64,000 nt of DNA from Podarcis vaucheri (taxonomy: Eukaryota), in assembly GCA_965113315.1 (NCBI GenBank), contig OZ220363.1; one strand, 5' to 3'. Under the pieces are notes generated by a model. The model was not told the DNA's origin and did no database searches. It saw only the letters and a program-made list of their open reading frames with translations. Of this stretch, positions 10,952 to 22,900 are shown in pieces. The position numbers and the translations under genes were made by a program. Each line of letters starts with the position of its first letter. The stretch's first letter is position 1.

Positions 10952-13900
10952 TCAGGAGCTGCCCCGGATCCTCTCCATGTAGCTGCGCAGCTCGTCTGGG
11001 TCGTGCAGCCCCATGTCCTCACACACCCAGCGGATGTCGTCTTCGCTGGCCACCAGGATGGACTGAACAGCAGGAGCGGAAGGCGGGGGGCTGGGAGCAG
11101 AGCCAGGGGGGGACGCGAAGGTCACAAACTCCACGCGCTTCCGCCGGCCACCCACCTCCCTGCCCTCCTTCTTTCTAGACAAGGTGGTGGTGAGGGCTGG
11201 GCTCCCAGGGGCAGACAGGCCCAGAGTGCTGGCAGAAATGCCCGTCTCTGGCCCCGGCGGTGGCAGTGGAGGCGGACCTGGGCTCTCCTGAGCCACAGCC
11301 TCCAGCTTCCCTTCTGGACCCGCACAGCAGCAGCACCCGTCGCTGGTGCCGGAAGGGCCCAGGGGTTGGTCCTGGCAGTGCTGGTGGCGCAGATCCAGCT
11401 GCCGGCTAAGCTCCTCTTGGTCAGTGCCCAGCCAGACCCAGTTGTGGGGCTGCGGGGCGGAAGAAGCCGACCCTGAACCAGCGTCAGGGGGCTCCTTGCG
11501 CTGGTAGCGGAGGACAAAGACCACACAGTTGATGAGGAAGATGAAGATGGCGAGGCAGAAAACCCCCAGCAGAACATACATGCCTATCTCCAGATCCGTC
11601 ACCTTGGCAGGGGCCTTCACTATCTCGTCCTCCTCCTCCTCCACCTCCGCCTTCTCAGGGTTGTTATAGGAGCTGCCGCCAGGCTCCTCAAATTTGGTCA
11701 TGGGTGGCCCCACTCCCACCGGGCTGCGCCTCCGTGACCCCCTTCCGCTTTCGGTGACGGTTGCAACCGTCACTGCTTCGCCTGACATGGCGCCTTCTGC
11801 TCGCTGGAAGGGGGGCTCGCCGTGGAGACCGGGGTCCTGCTGCTGTGGGCTGCCTGTGGTTGGGAGGTGTTGGCCAAAGTTCACTTCCAGCCACATGGTG
11901 CCCTGGGAGAGGGGGGCCCTGTGCTTGCCCTTGCGGCAAGAGTCTGGGGGGTGCAGGCTCAGCTGCAGGAGGGGTCCTCGGCCCGGCCCCTCCGCCACGG
12001 CCACAGGGCGAGCCTGCTCCTCATCCAGCCGCACGGAGACCACGCGAGGGTTCAGCGAAGAAAGCGAGAGCACCGCATCCCGCCAGCCATAAAGCTCCAC
12101 AGGGGCCAAGGTGTGGTCAGTGAATACCAGCCAGATGGTCAGCACTGCTTCCTGCAAGGAAAGGGAATGTGGGATCAGGAAGTGGAGGAGACCACACAGA
12201 TAAGACACAGCCCTGAGTTTAATATGAGGTAGGCCTGCCATATCTGGAGCAGAGCATGCTGGGACTGACCCCCTGTGACCTGGGTAATTGCCCCCTCAGG
12301 GCTGGACGTCAAAAGTCCTCAAGAGGCTGGCTTTTATATGAATTCCTGCTCGCCTGATTTGTGCCTCTTTTTTTGGTGCTGCTTTGGTGTTGATTCTGAT
12401 GTTTTTTATGTCATTTGTACTGAAGCTTTTTTATTCATTGAATTGCATTTTGCAAATCTGCCTGGAGGACTTTGATTGGTTCCCCTTTTTCAGGTCCTCA
12501 TTTGTGGAGGCAAGGAAACTCGCAGCACAACTGTGCCAAGCCACATGTCTGTACAGGTAGATTTTGCCAGACTGGAGGAGGAGACATAAGGCTGCAGGTT
12601 TCAGTGGCAGCCATGAAATCCAGCTCCTACCTGGGTGGACCACAGCAGGATGGGGGCTTCATCTTCCATGTGCACCCTCCATCACTTCCTTGGACCAAAT
12701 GGCTGATGAGCCTTAAACTTGCCACACCACCAACTGCCCAATAGGGCCCTTCCTCTGCTATCTACTGCAGCATCTTCTCACCTGCTTCAGGGAGCGCAGA
12801 GCAGAGAGTCCCTGACACGTTGCAGTGAAGACATTCAGGTGTCCTGGCTCCACGGAGAGTGTCAGCGAGAGGCCTGAGACTAGCTGGGCCTGCAGCTCTG
12901 AGATGGAGACCTTCTCCTCCGTCACCACCAGGGTCTGCTCCCCCAAGATAGAGTCAGAAACAGGAGAACGCACCTGAACCAGGGGATAGAGAGGACATGA
13001 TGACCCTCAAGAGGAGACTTTTCGCAGAACCAGTATCTTTATTCTTCGATATTCTTCTGAATTGCTTCAGCTTGTAAATAGATAACTAGTACCAAGCGTC
13101 CTCTGGTGTGTAAGGGAAGCTGGTTTCCCACTTGTGATTGACAAATATATGTAAAAGGAAAATGCTTGTGGGCTATTTGCAAGACTGCCATATTCCCCTT
13201 TCTTTGTAGCTTCCCTGCATTCACCACTGGGGCGTTCACACATTACATTCAACAAGTGTAGAGTATGTGAACTCAAAACAGTTGAGCTGCACACTTGCAT
13301 AATTATTCATATGTAATGTTCAGCGAGCGTACCATTTGTGTGCCTGTGTACCCAACAGCTGAGCTGTACAAATAAACAAGTGTACACAGGTAACGGTTTC
13401 AAACAAACGCTTGTACATGTGTCAATACAGCTTGTGCTTGTACCTGTCATCCGACCCTGGGATCTTTCCCACTGTGTTCCCCACTTCAGTGTCCTGTCTT
13501 CTGACTCCCTCCTCCCACAGCCAACCATATCACCTATCCTAACTGTGTTCAGATCACATCCACCTGTTCCTAGGCGTTCACTCTTCCCATTGCTCCACCT
13601 TTTCCCCAAATACCTCTGCTATCCTGTAACATCCAAAGCACATGCCCAGACTTCTAGGCAACCCATCTGAGGTTATCATCACACATCAAGCAAGCTTCTT
13701 GCCCCACTTCATCTCAGCAGCCAACAGACAGCACCCTCGCCTCTCTTCCCCCCCTGGCCAGCTCCTTACCTCCACAGATGTCATTCCTGGTTCCTGGCCA
13801 ACCACTATACTTCCACCTTCCAGTGTTGCCACTCGGGGGTCCTGGATTCTAGCGTGCTTTTGCACCAGATGAGAGACATCCAGCAGCCAATCAGAGCTTG

Positions 13901-16900
13901 GCATATAGGTCAAGTGACGGCCACCATCTAGTGGGTGAGCCACAAAATGGGCAAGGAAACGGACTCCGGCACGCTGGTACTGGAGACGGCAGCCACGAGC
14001 TCTTCTCTCGGCTTCCTCTCCACCGTCTTCAGGCTCTGTTGGGCTGCTGCATTTATAATGGCACATTTCAAGCAATGCACTCGAGGTGCATTATCTCAGT
14101 AATCCCGACAAAAGCTTTATAAAAGAGGTTGGAATTATCCCCAAGTAAACCCTTACATGAAATTAACATCTACTCCACCTTCCTACAAGAGTACCGAGTG
14201 TTCCACGTGTGCACAATGTAATTCCTACCATTTTTAGATTTTATTTTAGCAGTCTGTATCAACACAAGACCTCTAAGTAGTTTCCAATGAAAAATCGCAA
14301 AATATTCATTTGGGGAAAAAATTGATAAAAGCAAAGATTAAAACCAAGTAAACATAACAAGTTAAAATTAAACCTGAACTTTTAAAAGGTACGTAGTAGA
14401 ATTACATGCTAAAATTATATGCCTGGGTAGGGTTTCTGAAACAAATAAAGGTTTTCAGCAGGTGCTGAAATGCTACAGCAAAGGCACCTGCCCACATCAA
14501 TGGGCGGGGAGTTCCAAAGATCGAGATGACATTTCCATTATAACTTGTGTCAGGTGGCCATCCTGCTGTGTAGCTTAGGTACTTTGCGCCTAGGCAAAAA
14601 AAAAAAATTATCTCCTTGCACACTCTCATGCTTCTCTTCCCTTCTCCTCCCTTACCCTTTCTCCTCTGTGTGTTATTTTAGATTGTGAGCTCTTAGGGAG
14701 AATGATGTGTAAAGCACCTAGTAGTTTGTAGGCACTATATTATACCATAATTAACATCATCATCTCTTGCTTGCTGTGCACTGGGTATTAATCAAGGCAC
14801 CACCACCAGCCATGCTTTGTTTGTTCGTTGATCATTAAAGATGTTCAAGGAACTTCCAGACAATACAATATGTCTGGAGCACTATCGCCATTAATCTCTC
14901 TGCCAAAATGCAAATGGAAATAATCAATTCCCCAAGTTATTTTTCAGCGATTTAGGTATCTCCCCAGCAGCCACCTGACAGGATAACAGGAACCATTTAT
15001 TAAAGAACCGTAGAGGCCAGTGCCAGAAAAGATACCCACACAGGGGAAAGCCTCCATGAAGAGAAGAATCAAAGGGGAGGGGAGCAGAGCAGTGCTCTGT
15101 CTTGCCTTAGAGGAGCTATGTATTCCCAGCATCAACCAACAGGCTGATGTCGACAAAGACTATGGTGCATTTTGAAACCATGCTCCTAGACCATCCATGA
15201 GCAGAAACTCAGATATACAAGCTAGGTGCCAAATGGCACCTTAAACCTAGGTCACGGTTGCCACAAAGGAATGTCTATTTGCCAGGGGGTTGGACTAGAT
15301 GACTCTCAGGGTCCCCTTTAACACCACATGATCCTACTATCTCAACTACACTGCTTGACTGTAGCTTGCTCTTACAGCAATTCACTTGTCTCAGTATGCA
15401 AGAAGGAAAAAAACACACAGTGGAAATGGAAAGGGTATTAACTACAGACTAAGACAGAGGTTTTTAAGCTGTGATTTGTGAGTCCATTTGGGGGGGGGGG
15501 TCTGTGGAAAGGCTGAAGCACAGTCAAATATATCTGTACTCAGCCCTGCACTTACTTTCCTTGATATGATGATGGAGGACTAAGATGCCCAACAAGGGGG
15601 CCATGATTTGCACAGAAGCACAAGACTTTGCTGCGCACAAGTCAAGGCAGGATGGCGCCCAGAAATCTCCAGGTAGTTGCAACTTGATCCGCACCAGTAG
15701 CAAAACGTGGCTGGGGAATTTTGAACACTGTCCATGAATACATCATTCTGTTTTGCATTCTTTGTTCTCTTTGGCCCACAAGACAACAGCTGTCTATATG
15801 GAAGCACTGGGCTTGCATGGAGGAATGAGAAGTCGCCCACCCTACAAGTATCAAAGCTCTGGCAGTTGACTAAATCAGGGAAGGGGATCCTTTGACACCC
15901 GCCGGCCAAGATGTTGCTGGATTGCAACTTCCACCACCCCTCACCACTGGGCATGGTGGCTGGGGCTGATGGGACTTGGGGAGTCCAACAACAGCTGGAA
16001 AGCCACAGGTTCCCCATCCCCGCTCTAAACACTCCTTAGAGATTATCCCTCATATCTTCCCTCTCCTCTTGCTTAAGCACAGAGAGCACACAGACCTCAC
16101 TCTGTGGCATAAACACAGGGCTCAGTCAACCCAACTTGGTTCCATAGCACTTACCCATCTGGGGCTGGACCAGGTACCCTCCAGCCTCGCACCTGCTCTA
16201 GAGAGGTGTCTGTCAGCTCAATGCGCAGGGGCAGCAGTGGGGCCCAGACAGTAAAGAGCAGTGAAGCGTGCAGCCGACGGTACCAGAAATCCACCCGTAC
16301 GCCACGTGCCCCTCGGCTCTCTTTCCCCCCTACGTAGACAGCGTCACACACGTCGGATACCTGAGGGAAAATTGAGGAACACGTCAAGAAGGTCCACAAA
16401 TGCAGAGACAAGTGCCCAAGTATATGCTGGAAGACCGCATAAGGGTGCAGAGCAGGTGAGAAGAAAGATATTCAGGTCCCATTTCTGATTATGGACCTGG
16501 CCATAGGCCTGTTATATGCTTCCTCTTCCCTCCCCCTGATGTGCAGTTCATTCAGCGACTGTAGCCAGGAAGTCTTATGGGGCTTCTTGTAGCCTACTGA
16601 AGAAGGTAGATCTGGCAGGGGCCCAAGATTTGTTGTAGGGGAAAGAGGAGAGTGGGGGGTTTGAGGGGGGCAGGGAGAGGTACATTTGTCTTTCCTGTGG
16701 CCCAACATTTTTCACAGTCACTTTAGCCCAACCCATGAAAAGACAGAGGAAGAGGACAGAGTTAGCTCAAGACCTGTCATGGAGGCAACTAGAAGGCTGC
16801 GGCCTACATTAAAGAATGGGACAAATCCATGGTTTGCCAAGCCTGAAGCTGGGAGGCAGGAGGAAGGATACTGTGTAAGAACAGATGAAACAAAGAGGAG

Positions 16901-19900
16901 GCTTGCAAGGAGCATAGGAAGACAGGTGCATAACAGCACTGCATGTATAAGGTGGACAGATAAAAACACCAGATTTACACAAAATGGGCGTCCGGTCATT
17001 TTGGGGGCTACAGAGACTTGTCCCAGAGATATGGACAAAGAATGAAGCCTGGAGTTAAGACCCCTAGGAAGCGGATTTTAATCCTGTGGCCACAGAGAGG
17101 GAAACAGACCCTTTGTGAGGCATATTAGCTTCTCACCTGCAGGACCTGCTTGTTGGAAGACTCACAGCCCATCTGGTCCGTGACCTCGGATACGGCTCCC
17201 CCAGTCTCTACCACAACCAGCGTCACAGGCACTGAGTGGGGGATTCCTGTGAGGAGGGCAGTGTTCACAATCTCCTGCTCCTGAAGAGGGTCAAGGGGGG
17301 GAAAAAAGTGAGGAACCAGTGTTAGATGCCCCTCAGGGGTACCTTATGAGGAGGGGAAGCACAGCCCTTCTAGGCCTCACCTTCACCAGTGGAACCAAGG
17401 CCCGCACATCTCGCTCCGACACTTGGATCTCCCACACCATCTTGTCCTTCTCAGCCTCGGGGTCCTGGCCAGGATACTCCACTTGCCAGGTGACAGGACG
17501 GTTAGAAGCTAGGCCCCCTGTGCCATTCTCCACGACAAAATCCAGATACAGGAACTCTGGGGAATCTGCTGCCCTAGATGGCGATAAGGATAGGCAACAG
17601 CACACTAAGTGTAAAGCAGAAGTAAAGACAGAGCCCAGGAGAAGCTGAGCAGATCATAGAACTTCACTGGGCCTGTTCAACTTAGATCAGTGATGGAGGC
17701 CTTTCGAGATTGTCCTGCTACTATCAGAAGCACAGTTGGAAGAAGCAGGGGTGGTGGGCACTCTCTTCTGTGGAGCCCAGGAGGTGGAGCACTTTGCCCT
17801 GGGCCCCCTCAGTCTTGGTTTTCTGTCATGACCTGAAAGGTTTTTATTCCAGCAGGCATTTGGCTTAACCTCTGGAACAATGCTGAGATTTAGACTGTCT
17901 CTTAATGCTTATGTGACTTGTTCTCAATTTTTGTTCATTACAGAGTGGAAAGGTTGGATAGGAAGAAAAACACCCAATAATTTTTTCAAATAAATTCCTG
18001 AATTTCTATTTAGCTGGCTGACCAAGCTTACAGGGGGACAAACAGTTAAGTTTCACACATCACCGGACCCAGTCTTTTATTCAGGCTACAGCAGAGAATA
18101 AGGAGGAGACACTATAATCAAATATTGCTTAAAGACAGTCTGGACCAATGAAAGTTGCTCCAGTCACCTAGTTGACATTCCTTTATAGAGGATAAGGAGA
18201 GGGTTTGGTGTGTTTTTCTGTCTCAATGTTCTCTTATCTCCTTACTTTCTTCACAGAGAGAGGTGAAGGGTGAGCCTCTCAAAACAAGACTGACTATCTA
18301 CATTATTGTAGCTAAACAGTATAGTTCTCCCTCGAGAGTCCCTTGTATAGTCTTTGTGTTCAGCAGACAAAACAATTCCACTGAAAGAGATATAGTAAGG
18401 GCTGTGAGTATATTGCAATTCCACAAGAACTTCAAAAAACAAACACCACAGAAGTGATACTGGGTACAGATTCCTATTTCCTGAAAATCTCAGCTTTCCT
18501 TTGAAATAAACAAAAAGTTTCTAGCCCTCATGACACCAAGAGAAGTCCAATGAGCACCTACCTCCAGTCCAAGCCACTAGTAAGGGAACGCCGACAAGTG
18601 ACCAGAGCGGTGTGGTGTTTGGCACCCTTGAACTTGTCCAGCTTTGCAGTCCAAGCCTCTGGCCTGGTAGGGCGAGCTGCCAAAACCTGTAACCCTTTCT
18701 TCACCTTGATCCTGAAAGGAAAAGCAGCAAAGTAAGGTGTGTAGACAGGAAAAAGCCAGCAAAACAGTTTCACAGCAGCTCTGGTGATAGGCTAAGGAAT
18801 AACGAGGGCGAGGCCCCGGAGGAATGAGCACCCCGAGGCTTGAACTGCCTATAATTGAGGGAAAACGGCACCAGCGAGCTAGTGTAACATAGTGGCTAAC
18901 AGAATGAGCTGTGGATCAGGAAGTCCCCAGTTTGATTCTTGCCTCTGTCATGAAGTGACCTTAGATAAACTGTATTGAGGGATAAGAATACTGATGCACA
19001 AGTTTTTTTGTAAGGATCACAACTAAATAAAACATGCAAAGTGCTTGAACACTTGAAAGTGCTCTCTGATTGTTAAGAACATAACCGCCATTGACTAGAA
19101 AGCTCCCCCTAAGAATTCAGATTCCTTTGTCATTCACTGGAATGAGAACGCTATGGCTGGAATCCCAAAGCCTGGCTCCCCTGACTCACCGGAGGATCAG
19201 CAGGTCGGCTGTGAAGTTCTGCTGCAGGATGAGGGTGGCCGTGAAGAGCTGCCCCGGGCGAAGGGCCATGTCGGGGACGCGGACCATCACGTTGTCGTCC
19301 AGCCGCACTTCCTGGCGCCGCGGCAGGCTCATTACCCTGATATCGACGGGGCCCACGTAGTGCAGTCGCTCCTTGCCACCCTCAGTGCCCGGACGTGGCC
19401 TTTCCCGGGGTCGGACATGGGGGCACTCTCTCGGCGTCCTCCCGGGCAGCGTGGGCTCCAGGGTGTAGTACAGCTCAGCCCGCAGAGGAGTGATGGTGGA
19501 ATCCTCCCCCTTCCTTTGGCTGCTGGCGGGTGCAGGAGAGAACCAGCGAGGGGGGAGCTCCAGTTCCACCACACACACACCCAGCGGTGCCTGGTCAGGA
19601 GAAGCAGAGAGAGACAAACCATGTGCTCCTTTTAAGTCCCTCCTCATGGTATGTGAACCCATGCAGCAGCCTTACACCAAGTCAGGCCATTGGTCTGTCT
19701 AGTCCAGTATGGCCTGCTCTGGTTGAGTCTCAAGGATCTCAGGAAAGGTCTCTCTCAGACTAGCTCTCTGGGATGCTTATAATTGGAGATGCCAGAAATG
19801 GGCCTTCTGGACGTGCAGCAACAGCTCCACCATTGAGCTATAGTCCCTTACTTTGAGAGTCCAAGAAAGCTACTCTCACCTCCCCTTACTCTACAACCAG

Positions 19901-22900
19901 GGTCAGCCCAATACACTTTGATGACTGAAGCAGACCAAGGAATGTCGCCCGGCAGCTTTCTCCCCGCCCCTCCTCCCAACCCACCTTAAGTGGCAACTGC
20001 CACTCTTTTCCTCTCAACCAGCCTTGGTAGGGCAGCTATCCCACCTCACTTTGAAAGACACTTTGAGTGACTGACCAAGAGGGCCTCAGAGGTCCCATAT
20101 TTTGCCGCTGTGGTGCAAGGGCTGTGGTGCAAGCTCTTTCTGGGCCTATCCCATGCCATAATACCTCACGCTGCTGAAAGGGGATTGGGAGCAGGGTAGC
20201 TGCAGGAATATAGCTGCTGCCCACTTTGGTCCAGTGACCAGAAATTAGCTTTTGTTTTGTTCTTGTGCCACTTAGTTAGGAAGTGGTCAGTGATGGTGGC
20301 TCTGTGGCCTTGGCTGACACACACAGGGCCCAAATTTGCCAGAGGGTGGGTAGGTGACAGCGGGGTGGTGGGTGGGACTATGGGAGGCCAGCCATGGGGG
20401 ACTGGGCGGTGAGAAGACCATCTGCTGCCCTGCACATTCTGCCACCTGAGTTAAGAGGCTCACCTTGGTTCATGGAAGGGCCCATCCTGCTTGTCACCAT
20501 ATTCCATTTCCACTAGTTCTTGCTCATCGTCTTTCTCTCTCCTTCTGTCCCTGTCTTTTCTGTCTCACCTAGCCCACAAATCTTCTGGTGGGGATTTGAA
20601 GCCAGAGTAGTCAGTAAAGCAGGCCCAGCATGCAGCAGGAAGCCCACGTCAAGGCGGAACTTCACAGACTCACTCTGACATTACCAGGCCACCAGCTCAA
20701 AAAAAGGCAGATCTGACAGTTACCACATGCTTGGCCTCAGGGTGCAGAGGGATCTCTCTGCTGAGCTTGGCCACCACTCAACCAGTTGCCACCGGTAACT
20801 GACAGGGGGCTCGGGGAATAAAGCTAATGGGCTACTACAGGGAAGGCCAAGTTGAACTGCTGACATTTTGCAGCCCTTTACAAGTTGGATGTTAAACCTC
20901 CCAGGCTTCAGCAAGAGCAACGGAATGGCTTGAAGAATCACTGACTTGCTCACAAATGCCTCTCCCATGTTAACAGATTGAACTATCCCCCACCACCTAG
21001 AGAATGCACGGAAGAACAGAATATGCACCCTCCCTTCTCCGTATGAGCACACTGAGGGCAGCTTCACACATTACAGAAAGTCCTGGTAAGTAGAGCTGTG
21101 AGTCACATTTGATTTCTGCACTTCCAGGAAACCTGCAAAAGTAGAATCCCTGCATTTCTCAATGTGTGAAGCTGCAGTGAAGCGTCCTCAGTATGGAAGC
21201 CAACACCTGCCTAGGGTAATTCCAGTGCTTTATCATTTCGGTTTTCTTCCCAGCAAAGTACTAAACATTTTCACATGTGTTATGAATGAACATTGGAGAG
21301 CTTGTTAAATGTTGCTTTCTTTTGATGAGTGGTATGAGTGTGTAATTAAAAACAACAACCAGTTATTTTAAAAGCAGAAATGTTCCCCACACAGAGATAT
21401 TTAGAAAAGAGCCCATTCATCTTTTTTTGGGGGGGGGGCAAAAAGGTTTTTCCAATTTTGGAAACAGTTTCATATTATCCAACATGCAATGGAAATAACA
21501 ATGCTATAGAAAAAAAGGCACCCGTTGTATAAATTTAATGTTCTGTGTAAGAGGGGATTTTTCTCACCTCTGGAGAATTATAATGACAAGTTTCCTCTCC
21601 TGAAATTCACTCTCCTTTGCGAACATTACAAGTGCATGAGCCCTAATGTCATAGAATCACAGAACTGTAGAGTTGGGAGGGACTACATGGGGATTGAACC
21701 CACAACAATGAGATTAAGAGTCTCATGCTATCCATCTCTGCTCTAGAATCACAGTGCTGGAAGGAGCCTCATAGTCCTGCCACCTGGAACACCAGGGATT
21801 TGTAGACTTAAACCATAGCAGATGGATGTTTGTCCATTCTCTTCTTAATAATAATAATAAAAAAATCCAAGGAAGGGGATTCATATGACATCCCTGGCCA
21901 GCTTCAACATTCCACTTTCTAGTTTGTTGATAGATGCTTACAAGAGAATCCTTACAGTGACTCATACCAGAACTTATTCTGTGGGCCTCAGTCAAGCTGG
22001 TGCCCTCCAGATATTTGGGACTACAACTCCCATCAGCCCCTGTGAGGAGAGAGTGCTGATAAGAATTGCAGTCCCAAACATGGGGAGAGCATCAGGCTGG
22101 TGAAGACTATCCTATGACATTTCAGGGTCATGTACCAAATCTCTCCCAAGTAAGGCAGTTGGCAGGGGGGACGACAACTACCCAAAAGAGTGGCATCTCA
22201 TTGACCAACCTGGAGGTGGCAGGCACGATGAACCACTTGGGCCTGGTGGAAGACATGTAAGGTGACGCATGGCAGGGCCTGCTGTCTTGACATCCAGTCC
22301 TGCCCTTGGAGGTGGAAGAGGACCCTGGTGTATGGCTCGTAAGGGGACACTGTGCCCTCAATGGACACAGCCCGGATGTCCCAGGCAGTGGAGACGTCTG
22401 TGGATTGGGAGTCATCAGCTGGTATTGCCTGGGGAAGAGAGAAAGCCTTGAGCTCTGCTGAAGCACCTCACAGCAGGAATCAAGAAAGGAAAGGGAGTCC
22501 CCTTGCACAGCTGCATGTGACTATTTACCTGCTGAGCTGTGAAAGGGGGGTAGCCAGCTTGAATGGTGGGCTTCCCTGACAGTCGACGGTGGAGGAAGAG
22601 GAAGGTCTCTGAGCGGGAGCTGAGGGAGGCATTTCCTGGCATGTAGCGGTCCGTACGCTGAAGACGGAAGTAGTCTGGGCCATTGAGCACTTTTAGTTCG
22701 GCTGGAAGGTACACCGCATCAGGAGACTCCGATTCACAGTCCACTGCAAAGAGGGGAACCACGTCCATCAACATCAGCCTTTCAACCTCTCCCCATACCC
22801 CAGTCCAGATGTACAAGTGCTGTTCCACAAAACCCTGACTAGCGATAGGAAAGGCTGAAATAAAGGCAGTGAATACTTGCCAGAGTTCAGGTGTCCCACC

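Noticed and set aside
10799-12232. Several long plus-strand ORFs (up to 225 aa) opposite the TMEM132A last exon
   Set aside because: Antisense shadows of a GC-rich coding exon, with no recognisable domain.
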